Positions 27,052-41,050 of a stretch of DNA of 64,000 nucleotides are shown here, in pieces (the stretch's first letter is position 1; each line of letters begins with the position of its first letter). The notes beneath the pieces are model-generated. The model was not told where the DNA came from and searched no databases. It saw nothing but the letters and a program-made list of their open reading frames with translations. Origin of the DNA: Tubulanus polymorphus (taxonomy: Eukaryota > Animalia > Nemertea); assembly GCF_964204645.1 (NCBI RefSeq), contig NC_134027.1:8154485-8218484 (forward strand). The letters run 5' to 3'. A program made the translations under genes and the position numbers.

Positions 27052-30000
27052 GTAAGTAGACTTTCAGTTCTTTTTTGGAAGCTAATCTGTTTGATATTAG
27101 AATGCGATTAGAATTTTTGTTACTGTAGTTATATTCAACTTTTATATAGGCTTTTCTGGTAAATAAGTTATTGATAATAAGTTCAAATATTTTTTGATGG
27201 AAACATTCATATAATCCTGTATTCATATAATCCTGTTGGTTTTGCTTGTTTACTACTATAAGTTTCCAAAGATGTAGAGGGAAGGTAAATCTTTACCAAT
27301 CACCCGGTGCTACCCTACTGCGATGTGCCAATGGCTTGAATTTCGTCGGAAACTTTAAAAGTTGTTCTACTATCAAAAACAGATATAAGCGGATGCAGCG
27401 TCTATTTTGTGTTGTTTGGGATGGTAAAATAAACAGCGCATCTTTGTTGTAGTATCCTCTGTCGGGAGTTGAGGAGTTGAGTCGGTGGAGAATTTTCATG
27501 TTTACAGCAACATCGCGTTCAGATCAGTTGCTCCGAGAACGGATGCAGCACTAAAACAACGCAATCCTCAGATTATCTTCGCTGAACTTTTTATCATTAA
27601 AACTGCGCCGAAATTTCCGTTCGGGTGAGAATTTCGTGCGATTACTGAGTTTAACGAAGTTAACACGTAGTTGCTGAAATGATTAGAGTCAATGCGAAGG
27701 TCACTTAATGCTTCAATCGGGTGCCAATAGATGGCAGTAGGTGGTTGTAGAGACGAGGAGCTCTGTCCATTACTGTCGTCTGCTGTCTATAAATCTTGCC
27801 GACTGAAATCGTCGACTGGAGAATCTCCGAAATGGGTCTGCGTTACGTTGTAAATGAATATACATGCGTCTCATTAATCTTGATGTTATCCCGTTTAATG
27901 TGAAACAGAAAATCTCATCTCGTGATGTACATCCATTAGGTCAGATGGCGACGATCGTAAACAACGACAGAATTTTCCTCGTGAGGACTTTCGGTAGCGC
28001 GCGTTGACTGCGATAATGACCGCCGAATTCGCATAAAACGAATTCCTTTATTCGGCGTTCAATGGAACTTTCATTTTGTTTTAATCGTAGTAGGCTTGAC
28101 ACAACTAATGAAAACGCCTTGTTTTCAACCATGTTAGGCGTAGTTAACGTTTGGTTTGTTTATTGTCATCTTTTATACATAACTACAAGCCAGCCTATAT
28201 AGGCTTACAAGATTTGTTTGTATTCTGAATGATTTAGTATCAAAACCTATTTGAAAACACAATCGTCAATTGTTTCGGTTTGGTGAAATATCTGGACATG
28301 TAATCAAGTCCAGCTCAATAATCTATAAAGGGTTGTCACATAATGATATGCCGTACCGGTATATTGTTTTTCAAAATCAGGTCCATACCAAAAATTTTTT
28401 GAGGGGTACTGTGAAAGAGGATAGTCAGTTACCCTTTAAATATGAAGTGCGTGGGTACCTGAATAAATAATTCTAGAATGGATTACTTTCATTTTTCAAA
28501 AAAAAAACATGAACACTGACTTTTTGAATCAAACTTTTTAAACGGGGGTTTATTCACTACCCCCGAACCCGCTTTCGGCACGCGCCTTCGAATATGTGTA
28601 AGATTTCAGAGAATTGCAATGTATCTACCCGGTTGAATTATATCGATAATGCACACCTTCATCGTTTTGTAGTTAATACGCCAACAACGAATTGATAATG
28701 ATTAAAACGAAATAAAAACAAACCGGTAAATCAAGAGCATCGACGTCTCGACGAAATAAGAAGATAGTTAATCGAAACGTCTGCCGGAAATTGCCTTTCG
28801 TCGCCTTGTTACTTCGTTTTTGAATTCAAATCACCGGCGCTCGTTTACAATTTGCGTTCAGCTGTAACAATTTGAATTCTACGGCGACGATGAGGACGAC
28901 GAGATGACGATGATGATGCTGCCGCGACTGACTGACACCTCGAGAATCGTGCAATTCGTCTTTTTATAACTAGTCAATTAATTTCGAAGTAAATACAATG
29001 ACGGCACGGTGTTCGTTCTCGTTTGCCGATGATGCGGTTGTCATGTCTATCCATTTCGAAATATCAATTTGCGGAATAGTAGAAGGAGGCTTCGTATTCT
29101 GTTGTTGACTCACTGGCACAATGATTCCTCGATGTCATCTTCAGCGCAGATCGCCTACAGATAGAGACAGTGAAATTTACTTGATAGTTTCCATTAATGA
29201 GGCTAATTTTCGTATTGATTGAATTAACGCAATCTTGATAATTCAGCCTTGAGGAGTTAAGTCAGGCTGATGGATCGGAGGACGCTGCATTCTACATTTT
29301 GATTGAACGGCAATTTTAACGTTTCTTCGTGATCCTGATGACATGTTGAGTTGATCACCCCCGTAGGAATTGTACCCCGTAAAGATGTGGCAGTTTCAAG
29401 CACAAAATTCATATAATTGACATCAAGTTCCGATTTGGGTATATTTGGCCTTCAATCTGACCTTGCCTCGGAGTTAAATCATAATCTTTGCAATCCTACA
29501 TTGGAATGAATGATGGTGTTGTGGCTATTAAGCGAATGTCACAGTAAGGATGAGTTGAATAGCGCAGCGCACCTGATCTATTTTTAGTTACAGTTGATGA
29601 ATGTGGCATGGACCTGAAGATGGGAATATGTCCATAGAAATTAGAATCGATAGACCGCAGGTTTTTTTTCATTTCTCAGGTCATTTTAACACTCAGGTGG
29701 CGCCCATGAGCGAGAAGACGGATACAGTTTGTTGATCTCAGAAACGTAGCGAGCGCGATGAATATTTCAGGAATTTTCTCGTATGCGCGCGACGATGTAA
29801 ACTGCTGACAGCTCATTTCTGACACAAGATCGGTTCTTCATGACTCAAGGTCTTGAGAACCGTTACAGATGGTTGAAACTATGAGACAAGTGTCGCTGTG
29901 TCGCTTTCTCGCTTGTCACGGTTGTAACTTAATCTCGTTATTACGTAATGAAGTTGATGTATAGCGATTTATTGACCGATATACCGAGCTATTCTGCTAT

Positions 30001-30439
30001 CAATAATTCATAATTTTCATGCAGTTTCTTCGATTACGTTTTTGCATTGCTCCAGTTTTTATTCTGTAGAACAAAGTTTTTACATTCATTACTTTAACAA
30101 TTTCATCGACCCAATGCATCAAACGGTTCTGGGTATGTCATTTGTGCGATTCAAGTCAAAACAGTACTTTTCCATACTTACTTTGACAATCCAGGGGAGC
30201 GCTTTGAACTTGGTCTCGGCATGGAATTACAGCGCTTTATGAATGTCATTATCATTATGATATTTTTCATATTTGGAGGTCCAATCATGGTCAGAACCTT
30301 AGTGTAATTAGGTTACTTATGTAATTAATTATTTTTCATACACGGAACTTGTTATGCAATAGGGCCTATGGTGAAATCTTAGAATTTTGATTGATAAATT
30401 TTAAATGAGCAACGATAAATTTCTTCCGAAAACCAACTC

Positions 30440-30600
30440 CAAAGTTTATTGACGCCTTGAAAAATAATATGCAATATTGTAATTGTTATTTTGAAACCCC
30501 ACTATTGATGACGTAGTGCACATCGACTCACACAGAACCCCCTACACAAGGTATCAATGTATATAAACATTATTGTAACGGTTTTTACGGTGACAAAACT
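30440..30600 (+). repeat. Dispersed repeat, copy 1 of 3 (internally deleted)
   Basis: aaagtttattgacgccttgaaaaataa...ttttgaaaccccactattgatgacgtagtgcacatcgactcacacagaacccc is shared with about 33353-33730 and about 47320-47625. Confidence 0.7.
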
Positions 30601-31356
30601 TCACAGAGATGACAACGGCGAATCTTTGAGATTTCTTCCCCTTGATAATAGCTGTTCCAATTTCTCGCTTCTTAAAACGGATAGTTTTCAGTTGTAATCG
30701 ACTTGGCGGGCATATTTCTGATGAATATTACAAGCTCGATTGTATAACGTTATAGCTGTATACGCCGGAGATTATTGGTGTTGCTTAAAGATAAGCGTAA
30801 ATTATTTACGGGCAAATATTCATACGCCGCATTTCGCCGAGCGAAACATGAAATATCGTTCCTTTATGGGCCATAACTCATCGCGGGGAATTCGATTAGT
30901 CCGGCAGTCGGAGCACCGCCGCCGCGTCGGAGTAGAGAGAGATATCATTCCGGGACAAACGCCGACGGGTACGACTGTTCTTTCTCGCCGAGAATCCGAG
31001 AGTCATGGGGTATATATATATATACACACGTGAAGGAAATTTCCGTGCAGCCGTGCTCTTGATTCCGTAATGCAATTAATACTGATTTATGTCAAGTACG
31101 TTGATTCTCTCGTCGATTCCGGAGAAGTTATACAACATTTCAGCGGCGCTTGTTTTTGCATATAAACGATCGTATCAAGACTTCTTCTGTCGTTCGTTCC
31201 GTTGTTGTAGTAGATTGGGAACGAAAATAACGATGAATAATTCTAAGTGGCAGGTTGCATCAGCTCGTTAATAACGGAGACACTTTATGGCCCTCTTACG
31301 CAACTATCGCGCCGACGATAAAACCGTCCCCCAGTCTTAGAGATTATTGGTCGTAG

Positions 31357-31587
31357 TCGGTAGAGAATGGGCCGGGACGGGTGTATCGCGAAGCGACGAC
31401 CGATTCGGAAGATGATTCAACTATAGAACAGTTTAGAGAGGATTGTGATTCACGCTCGGGGATACTGTGTGACTACTACGGCGGCGGCGTATCGCGTGAG
31501 GAGACGATGGCTACTGCTACCGCGCCTGCTGATATCGCGATGGTTTGTGGATACGATGATGAGGAAATCGAATCAGAAAGTCGCCAG
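31357..31587 (+). CDS. nkd: Candidate alternative nkd exon encoding insect-type N-terminal motifs
   Basis: Open frame SVENGPGRVYREATTDSEDDSTIEQF...MATATAPADIAMVCGYDDEEIESESRQ ending at CAG|gtatgc in phase 0, compatible with exon 4. TTDSE and APxD motifs recall Drosophila Nkd (ECTTDSEE...SAPPDLL). The 5' boundary is uncertain. Confidence 0.55.
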
Positions 31588-32367
31588 GTATGCAGTAGTA
31601 ATAAAACCACTAGATCTCTCTAAATCTTTTCGGTGTCACATAGCAGGGGTGGATCTATGGTCAACGGAGAGGGGGTGTCCAATTATGAATTTAGGGCATT
31701 TTCAGGGCGTACGCAATAATTTTTAACGGTAAAAACAGCTAATTGCCTCTAGAAAATGTTGATATTTTTTTTTAGTGGTTCAAAGTTGAATTTGACTTTT
31801 CTTTCGAAAATATTCAGTCCGGAATCTTCGGGATAGATGCTTAAGGGGCCTCAAAATGCCCAGACCCCTAAGCAATACATATTCGACTGAATCTCTCTGA
31901 AATGGATTTTGAAATTTTAAAAAATACGCCCGGATTTCTTGAGTTTTTTGCAATTAAGTATCCGCACGCATGTAAATCAGCTGTGAATCATTATCGTCGG
32001 TGTAATGACAAGCCAACAATGGAACAGGTTCTTAATTCTACTGGTAACATGTGGCTGGTCGAACCACGACGACGACAGCTACGCCAATGTCACATGATGG
32101 CTGCTTTACAGTCATTACCGTTGAGGCTCCGTCGTAGAATAATAATAAATTCTCTTTGATATGTTCAATCAAGTTAATGTCGTGTTACTCCACACTCTTT
32201 CCTTCTCAGTTCTTGATGTATTTCCATTGAACTGATAGAATTTGCTGATTTCTGATATCAACAATCCCTTCCCTATCACTCTTTGAAAAAAAGGTTTCTT
32301 CTCCTTATAGGTCACAGTTGAATTTGAAAATGAATTCATTTTGATATTTAGAACCTGGGGTGCCTGC

Positions 32368-32580
32368 CTAGGGTCTCATTCAGGGAGGGGTGCACGCAGG
32401 GATTTTATCATATGATAAAAGGACATCCCGAAAAAGTAAACTCATTTTTGGAAATATGGATAAAGAAAGCTTAGGAACCTTTTTAGGTATCAGTCTAATG
32501 TATTTCATTTTGCGGTGAAATTTCTGGGCAACTTGACATTTTTAGGGGGGTGTGCACCCTCCCCTTGGATCTGTCTATGA
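32368..32580. mobile_element. GC-tipped non-autonomous DNA-transposon family (copies also at about 41655-41830 and about 49426-49650; related ends at 18393, 31644, 58449)
   Basis: Shared tctgggcaacttgacattttagggggg...tgcaccctcccc...gatctgtc and caggggcggatctagg termini. Confidence 0.55.
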
Positions 32581-33059
32581 AAACAGACCACTGATTTTGA
32601 CTTCTATTTGAGATGAGTCTCTGGACCATATAGGCCGATGTCTATCTTGTTGTAGGTCCATAGACAGTAGATATCAGTTAATGTCGATTTGGCGTTTGCC
32701 TCAGATTCCGTATAGAGATATAATGGGTACCGTATAATGGACCTAGATATAATGGGTACCGTATAATGGACCTAGCGTATCATGCATCTCCATGCAGATT
32801 CGAGTGGTCAACCTCTTGCTATTGAATAGTTTTCCTTTTGACCTTTATCTTCGAGGAAATGTCACCGAGATCATGATGAAGGATTGAATTCTCTGAAAAA
32901 TTCCAATATGGTTTCGTTCGAACAATGCATGAACAGCTATTTAGAAGAAGTCCAATACATAGCTCGAGGCGTGGTCTATGGGTTCGTGGTTTTATAGATG
33001 TAGTTGTTGGCCAGAGAGTTTTGACTCGGCTGCTGAAAAGCAAAAGTTGATAGTAAAAG

Positions 33060-33135
33060 TTTTCGTACTCTGTTTTCATACTCTGTTTTTGTACTCTGTT
33101 TTTGTACTCTGTTTTTGTACTCTGTTTTCATACTC
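33060..33135. repeat. 14-bp tandem repeat (tactctgtttttg/ca) x about 5
   Basis: Directly visible; it produces the spurious KTEYEN/KTEYKN ORF repeats. Confidence 0.85.
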
Positions 33136-33352
33136 GTTATGACGAGGTAATGTTCGTTGATCGTACATAACAAAAAATTATAGCATCACATTAATTTTGC
33201 CAGTAATGATCAGATCAAAGCAGCTGTATTATGTAATTAATGTCCCTCGTAAATTTGAGCATTTATTATGACTCATCCATGAAGGAATATAATGGCGGTG
33301 TGTATATAAGGTTTATACTCGGTACCAAACATTCAGCACAAGAAGACTTACT

Positions 33353-33730
33353 TGAAAGTTTATCGACACCTTGAAAAATAACACATTGCTTGATATTTTC
33401 GACATTGATTAATACATATAATATCAAGGATTGGTTAAAAGTTATTTTGAATTTGAATATATCAATAATTGAATTGAATTGACTGGCAACCAGTCTAGCC
33501 CCGATATAGTGATGGCGTGGTGCACATCCTCTCAAAAATAGTTATCAAATATAGAATAAGAGTTATGAAATATATTTGATTACATGATAAAATGTCAAAA
33601 TTCATAATTTTAAATTTGAAACGCCAATATTGATGACGTAATACATATCAACTTAATGCAGAACCCCTTAAATAACGCATGCTAGGTATCATAGTATGTT
33701 ATTGTGACGGTTTTTATGGCGTCAAAACAG
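33353..33730 (+). repeat. Dispersed repeat, copy 2 of 3
   Basis: gaaagtttatcgacaccttgaaaaataacacattgcttgatatt...tttgaaacgccaatattgatgacg...gcagaacccctt...ttttatggcgtcaaaa. Confidence 0.75.
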
Positions 33731-34292
33731 AAGTTACGAACTAACGATGTTAAAACGCGTGAAATATGATGTAATCCTTTCATTAAAAAATGCACCGTTG
33801 TTAATTACTAATAACGAACGGCGATGTGATAGAAGCGCATTAACGATCAAAGCTACTGCGCGGGCGAAAGACGTAATCGAACGAGGGGGTGCGAGACAGG
33901 TGTGCTATGGCTGTGACAACAATAATTCTTTGATGTTGCAACTATCAAAGAGGCAACTAGTTGGCGCACGCTTGTTTCAGCTTAGGAAATATAATAATAT
34001 AAAAATCTTTCATTAGACGAGGCATTGATTAGGTATAAACTAGCTAACAGGCATTAACGCTGGCCTGCTGACAATATAGCGCGCGTGCTTGTAAATTAAT
34101 ACCGAGCAGTTGAACCATGACAGCGTCGTGTAGAAAGATCTCAAATTTCTTTACATCCCGGCAATACCAGTGTGACAACATGGAAGTATGATCTACATAC
34201 ATATATGCATTATGATTGTCCCAGGAAACAGGATTCATTGGAATTCAATATGGAAGAAATTGTTTACCTGGTTCCTCATCAATACAGACTTG

Positions 34293-34582
34293 AGGCGTGA
34301 TCACACAAGCACTTTTGGCCTGGGCCAAGTTAGCCCATATCTATTTGGGCCAGGCTGAATTTGGCACGACCAAGGCCAGGCCTGAACCAAAATTTTGTAC
34401 AGGTCAAATTATTTCATGTGAATAGCAACTGGTTCCGGAAGTGACTCACTTCGCTTTGTTTAAGCATTGTTTAGTATGGAGTGAGTGGTTTACGCACTCT
34501 AATTAGGCACAGGCCAAATTTGACTCGGGCCTGATCCGTGCCAATATGGCCCGGGCCAAATCATCTCTGTATGATCGCGGCT
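34293..34582. mobile_element. MITE family with GCCGCGATCACAC TIRs and internal GGCCAAATTTGGCC motifs (copy 1)
   Basis: aggcgtgatcacacaagc...tgtatgatcgcggct; the internal sequence is shared with five other copies. Confidence 0.8.
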
Positions 34583-35302
34583 TTGTTGTGCATACGATTG
34601 TTTTATCCCATGTAGGTGTACCTCAGGATTCTTTATTTCAAAAGAAAAGCACTGCGACTTCCACAAAACATTTCAGTCAGTCTAGGCACGTCGTGCATTA
34701 ACTAGCTCATCATTTCGATCAAAGTCTATGAAAATGCAATCGCCTCAGACTGAGATGGATCGTCCTGTCATATTAAAACCAGAAAGCATTCCGCAGATCC
34801 TAAAAACAAATCGCTCGATCCTATATTCGACGATGAAAGCGAATTTCCTCGATCACCGCAGTCGACTCCTCTTTTATTTCGTCATTTATCTCATCGGCTT
34901 TAATCTAGTGCTATGTTTTCCTCTCATTGATTTCTCCTGACGGTGATTAGCCGGCGACGTTTCGTCACATTCGTCGCCTGTTTTATGGCGATTGCGTGAA
35001 AATTCTCGCGAATACGTCCCAGCAGTCGCTCGACGGAAATATACAAGATCTCGTATCCGTGTTCATTCATATTTTGTCGAGGCGTTAGCGACGAAATATG
35101 TAGAAATGCAAATGCGCCTCTCGAAAAATGACTTGAGATCAGGTTTAGTGAGAATGCGTTTCCAAAGAGATGTCGGAAATGAGAAAAACTTTTTGACGTA
35201 TGAGAATGATTTGTTTTTCAATTAGATGTACATAATTTGTACTCAGTTTAGTTTGATTTGGCCCCGTACCTTTTTGGTATGGTCTTGTTTGGCACAAATA
35301 TA

Positions 35303-35419
35303 CTGGACCCAGTTCCACAGTTCTGAGTTAAGATTTAACTCTTGAGTTAAAACATTGAAAATGAATTGATTTTAACTCTCAGAGTTAACTTTAACTCACA
35401 ACTGTGGAACCGGGCCCTG
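35303..35419. mobile_element. Short palindromic MITE
   Basis: ggacccagttccacagttctgagttaagatttaactct...agagttaactttaactcacaactgtggaaccgggccc forms a near-perfect hairpin. Elements with similar ends lie at about 46098-46230 and about 60901-61038. Confidence 0.8.
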
Positions 35420-36249
35420 AATAATATGATCAACTGGCATTGAATTTGGGTCATGTTGATAACAATAGTAAACATTGATGAATGATTTTTGTGACATCGA
35501 AAAAAATCTGAGTTACATATAGAAACACGAGTTAGGACCGTAACAACTGTTGTTCTAGGAGTTTTTATGCAGGGTTTATGCTAATTGGCAGTTGTCTCGA
35601 TTGAGATATTGCGTGTTAAGTCGCTTTAAGTCGTGTTGGGTTCTGTATATTCTCTTTCTCCGAGATGTGGCGTCGCTATATGACATTTAAGTATCCAGGG
35701 TCTCTTCGACGAGAGAACATCCGACTGACGTGTCGGCAATTCGAATTTCACGCCATGAAAACCTGTTTTTAATGCCATCTGATGAACTTAGCCTCAGCAT
35801 CTGAAATTGATAAGCGCATTCGACGCGGTTGCCTCAAAAATGGCGTCGAGGTCGTGCCCTTTATTGATAATGCGCTCTCTATGAAAATGGTATTTGGAAT
35901 TAAATTCCTGGTCTGGTCCGGTGGATTAGTGATCAGGTCGAAAACATGTAATTTTCTTTGTGTCGACGATGGAGGAGTAAGCGTATAGCTAATTGCTTGT
36001 TCGCCATTGTTTGACCATACATTGACTGGCGGCGGTTTTTCACCGATATTGTCACGACGTCCAAAAATAGCGGCCGCTTGATGCAATTATGGGCCGTACG
36101 GACGGACGCTGACCTTGGATCAGGTAGCGTGAGGTAATTGAACGAGAGTATCAGATGAGACGTGTCGAGCGAATAGACTTTCCCAGGCTTTCCCAGAAAT
36201 AAAAGTCATATACTCACGAGGAGGGCAAAATCGGCATGATAAAAGTCAT

Positions 36250-36521
36250 ACTCACGAGGAGACGATTTGGCCCGGGGCAAATTGGCACGGATCAGGCCCT
36301 AGTCTAATTTGGTCTGTGCCTAATTCACATGTAAACTGCTCACTCGATAATAAGCAATGCTTAAACAAAGCGAAGTAAGACACTTCTGGAACCAGTTGCA
36401 ATTCACATAATAATTTCACCCGTGCTTCCGACATTTTTGGTCATGCCCATTTGGTGCCCATGCAAAAATTTTGTCCGGGCCTAATTTGGCACAGGCCAAA
36501 AATGCTCATGTGATCATGGCT
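36250..36521. mobile_element. GCCGCGATCACAC-TIR MITE (copy 2)
   Basis: Internal ttaaacaaagcgaagtaagacacttctggaaccagttgcaattcaca, right end atgtgatcatggct. Confidence 0.75.
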
Positions 36522-37673
36522 AAAGATACTAAAACATAGCCTACAGCTAGGAAGGTTTTGCACAATATTCAGATGAATAAAATACATTTAGCGGGCTTAT
36601 GATTACGGATGGTTTTAGACTGACTGTCACCGAGTCCAAGGTCGTAATGATGACGCCGTTGTCGACTGTGTTTTATTCATCCCGGTGGATTTCGATTTCA
36701 TACTACTGATAATAGAATAGAAGCGCTGCTTCAGTTGATGGTAGCGATACTTTGCGACTGCCTACTAATCCCATATTGTCAGCTAGATGACGATATTGAA
36801 CTTGTTGACTGCATTATAAACATTCTGCCTTTCCATGTCCATTATGTCCATAGTTTACTATCCATGCTGTGCAATATTGACACGTTTGGTCATCAAATAT
36901 TTATGCCTTTCGCTGAAAATGTGGCGGCCATTTGGTGTGCGAATGAGTGAAATATGTCATGATCATCAAAATATCGCCTTCATTAGCTGAAAAGGATTTA
37001 GTAAAAGCATTTAGTACTGGACATTCATGATGGAAGTTATCAACATTGATGCGTGTGCTACTTTTCAAATGATGGCATGAATCCGTTTAAGGTAAAGCAT
37101 TATTGAATTCAAGGATGGAATTACTTACCTATAGGAGTGTATTATCACTTTCTTCACTTTGATAATGGTGTACTTGGAAACTATTTACATATGGGAACAT
37201 TTTAGCCATGTTTATACTTTATTCAAAGCAGCGTGTGATACGTTTAGTTGATGCTCGGGCCTTACAAAGCTTCTTATCCATCTAAAAGGGAGCGCCTACC
37301 ATATAATTCTTTGTGGATGTTTTACGGGCATCGCACTAATCATAATCATATTCAAGGGTTTTCATGAGAAGCTTTTTGGGAAAAAGAGCAGTCAGATTAG
37401 TATTAGTATGACATACTGTTGAAAATCAATTAAAACGGCTATTGGCTTGACATGAGAAAGATCCTAAGCGGTATGTAGCAAAATACAAAAAAGGGTTTAT
37501 TTGTCTAGATACACAGAAAGGACGTCGAACTATAAATATAGCTGCAAAGCAGCGATAACGGGTTTTCTGCCTTGTTGGTTTAAATGCTGCACATAAATCA
37601 GTAGACAGAAGACGGTTATCTAGTAGGAGCACCACCTAGAGACCAATACTTATATTAGATATGGAGATCAATA

Positions 37674-37850
37674 CAGCGGAACCTCGTTGATACAAATCTT
37701 GTGGGCAAAAATGAAATTGTATAATATGGGTTTCGTACTATCCAAATCTGGATTGATTTGCATATGTTAGCTGGGACGTGCTGGAAATCATTGTGACGAA
37801 CGGGTTTCATCTTTAACAGAAAAATATGTGTTTCAAAGTACTAAGGTTTA
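37674..37850. mobile_element. Partial pogo/Tigger-like MITE
   Basis: TA|CAGCGGAACCTCGTTGATA left end; the interior is the reverse complement of the 24017 copy (gctgggacgtgctggaaatcattgtg). Confidence 0.6.
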
Positions 37851-38437
37851 TTCGTCTAGATACACAGTCGAAGGACACCGAACAATAATAACGAAAAGAA
37901 AACATGGCTTGCTGAAAAAAGTACGAACATGGCAGATGAAGGCTGTTATCCGTGCTGTTGGCATTTGTAGTAATGAGTTTAATCAAGTGGATGAATATCT
38001 GTAGATTTCATGCTGTTTATCGACTGTATTCGCGATTCGACGCAAAACTTTAATTTGCCATAATTGCGGAGCGTAATTCATATTTCCGCGCGATGTTTGT
38101 GGCTGTAATGGAATCAATATCTAAATCAACAAAATTTACCATCAGATATTTATGACTGACGAAACTACCTCTCTGCAAGTTCAGTTTGGGGGGGGGGGTG
38201 CAACATTGGACACACTAGACCTATGCCGACTTGTCCTTTGACAGTAACAGTTGAAATACCGCGAAGTGTAGAAAGTTCTTTCCAGGACATTGGCTGAACC
38301 CACATAACCACAGCTTAATATGAGCGATTCCCTGAAAGTGGCTGCTCGTTGAAATAGAAAATTTATAAAGACTACGTGAAAGCATTATCAAATATAACAG
38401 TGAATGAGAAGTATCACTATTAAACCATCAACATAGA

Positions 38438-38692
38438 AGCCGCATAAAAGCCTGGAACAACTGTTCACACGGCTGACAAATGGGCACTGGCCAAATTTGG
38501 CCTGACCAAAAATGTCCACCCAGGCCTGAGCTAAATTTTGGCACTGGTCAAATTATAGCGTATGAATTGCGACTGGTTCTGAAAGTGTTCCCACTTTTTT
38601 TAGGCATTGTTTAGTATCAAGTGAATGGTTAACATGTGAATTAATTAGGCACGCGGAAAATTTGGGCCAAATCGTCTCCGTGTGATAGCGGC
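38438..38692. mobile_element. GCCGCGATCACAC-TIR MITE (copy 3)
   Basis: ggccaaatttggcc motifs and right end tctccgtgtgatagcggct. Confidence 0.75.
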
Positions 38693-40859
38693 TGTAAACT
38701 AGTTGATACGTCCACGAGTAAACCAATGGTAGTTGCTGATTTTTCTTTACACCAGACCATAATAAATCATCGTTGAATGTCGTATAGATCATTTTAGCTC
38801 GATGGCAATGACAGTCGTCGTTTGGTTTTTGACCCCTGGAATATTGACAATATCAGCAAACAACACACCCGAAGTCGTCTGCTCGTCATCCATCACATTA
38901 TCTGTTCTGCTGTGAGTATCTTACAGATTGGCCGGGGACCTTTATACCCGTGAAAGCCATCAATTTAGATGCTATATACGATTCTATTGATGAGGAAGAC
39001 ATCACGCAGCGAGATTGGTGAAACGACTTTCAAGGTTTTCTCATCTGAATCCAAAACTCAGTTATCCAACTTAAGATTCATCGCATTTTTCTTAGGAAAT
39101 GAGAAAATTTTTGGACATATGAGAATGATTCGTTGTCAATTTGCTGTAATACTAGTGACACGCAGTCTCTTTCCTGATGCTGTAAATAAAAGATGGCCCT
39201 TCCCTACATGAATTAAAAGATGACAATTATGAAGACGATCTCTAAAGAAAAGTTATCGAGCCACAAGTTCTGCGCTCATCTGAATCCGAGGCGCTGTCAT
39301 CGGAAACCAAGTCATCAGTTGTTGGAACTGACTCAGCACGACGGTAAGATGACGAGGGTGGAAAGGATACCGGTGCCATCATCGTCGATGGTGAATAGTT
39401 CAGCGAAATAATTTGACAACGACAACTACCACCGTTACCTCTCCGGGAATAAATTAGATTTGAATACATCTGGGTTGTGATTTGATGACTGGAACCGACT
39501 AGTGGAAACTGCGTGCGTACCGCCGGACGAGATACTGTCTCCATCTCTGATTCAGCTTTCTAAAGAAATCAAGTCATTTTCTGATGATTCACGTCGGGAG
39601 AGAGAGAGTTTTTTTCGTCGTTCGCCACACGTTCCGTAATTGGTCACGCACCAGACGCTATGGGCGCACGGGCGCCTCAGTGTTTTACGATTATGAAATC
39701 GAGTTTCTCAGATATCGCGCGCACGAGTTCTGTTGAGTTCCGCGTCGTCGTACTAATCTTTCAAATGCGTTCTAATATCCATTTACCTGCACAATCCGAC
39801 AGCCGTTAAATTGAGTTCGTTAGCTTGACTCGGTGAGTTTTCTTTTTAGGGATCTCTTTAATAGACGAAGCAGCCGGGTTATTTAATATGTAAAATAATT
39901 GGGCTAGAATCAATGCGGCTTTTTATATATATACTTCAGTGCATTTTCGCAGTCGTAATGAATAACCTTCGTTTGAACTTCTGTCGGATTAAAGTCATAA
40001 ACTTGAAAAGGAATTACGTAGTACAGAGCACACGGGAGCGTTTTCCTCAACAAGTTTTAAGGAAGAGACGATCGGATGAAGCGACTCCGGATCGACGTCA
40101 ATCTCGCCGGGGCGAACGTTTCAATCCGTTCGATCTTACCCGGGGCCGGCAATTAAAGCTCTGACTTCATGAAGCGGCGGCGTTCGTCGTTGGTTTTCCC
40201 TCCGAGGCAAGAATACTTTAACTGATTGGATCTACTCACTTGTAAAATCTAATTTGTCCCGGAATCTGTCACTCACAATAGCGTACTGCTTCGTCATGTA
40301 TGAATCTTGCTCTCAGGGGATGGCGACGTTTTTTCCATTGCTTTGAAAGTTTTAAAACGCTGCTATCATCATCATTGTAGAATTGGACACTGTAGTAATT
40401 GCAGTCCTGATTTTAAAGGACGAATAGTTTTGATCTTGAAATAGGAAATTTTCCCTCTTATTCATTTGATTGATTGATTATACTTATGATTTGTTCTGAA
40501 TTTGGTGTCCCTTACAGACCCACTACGCCTGCTGGGAACGAAACGCGGGGTTTGATTCTGAAAGTGGAAAAGTACAGATATAGTTGGATGATTGGTCGAA
40601 TTAACATAATTTTTCTATTCAAATCGAAGTGACTAATTTGAAATTTCGATTCCAGTTCGTTCGAACAATCGACTCACCTGCTTGAACTGACAAGCGACTA
40701 GTTGGGGCAGTTCTAAGGCTTTCAGTTGTAAGTCAACTAGAAGCACGAAATGGTCCCATCACCAGGGAACAACATGATCGTCTTGTCAGAATTTTTCAAA
40801 ATTCAGTCCCAGGATTTCTTAAAAATCTATGACATCGCATTAAAAATATATTGACAAAA

Positions 40860-41050
40860 TGCACAGTATGAATATGGTGCATGGTATTAATATGGTGCAT
40901 TGTATTAATATGGTGCATGGTATGAATATTGTGCATGGTATTAATATGGTGCATGGTATTAATATGGTGCATGGTATTAATATGGTGCATGGTATTAATA
41001 TGGTGCATGGTATTAATATGGTGCATGGTATAAATATGGTGCACGATATG
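40860..41050. repeat. 18-bp minisatellite (atggtgcatggtattaat) x about 10
   Basis: Directly visible; source of the MHHINT / VHGINM pseudo-ORF repeats. Confidence 0.95.

Noticed and set aside
31367-31426. ATG-initiated MGRDGCIAKRRPIRKMIQL frame overlapping the candidate alternative exon
   Set aside because: It ends in TAG after 19 codons and is out of frame with the donor; at most a uORF.
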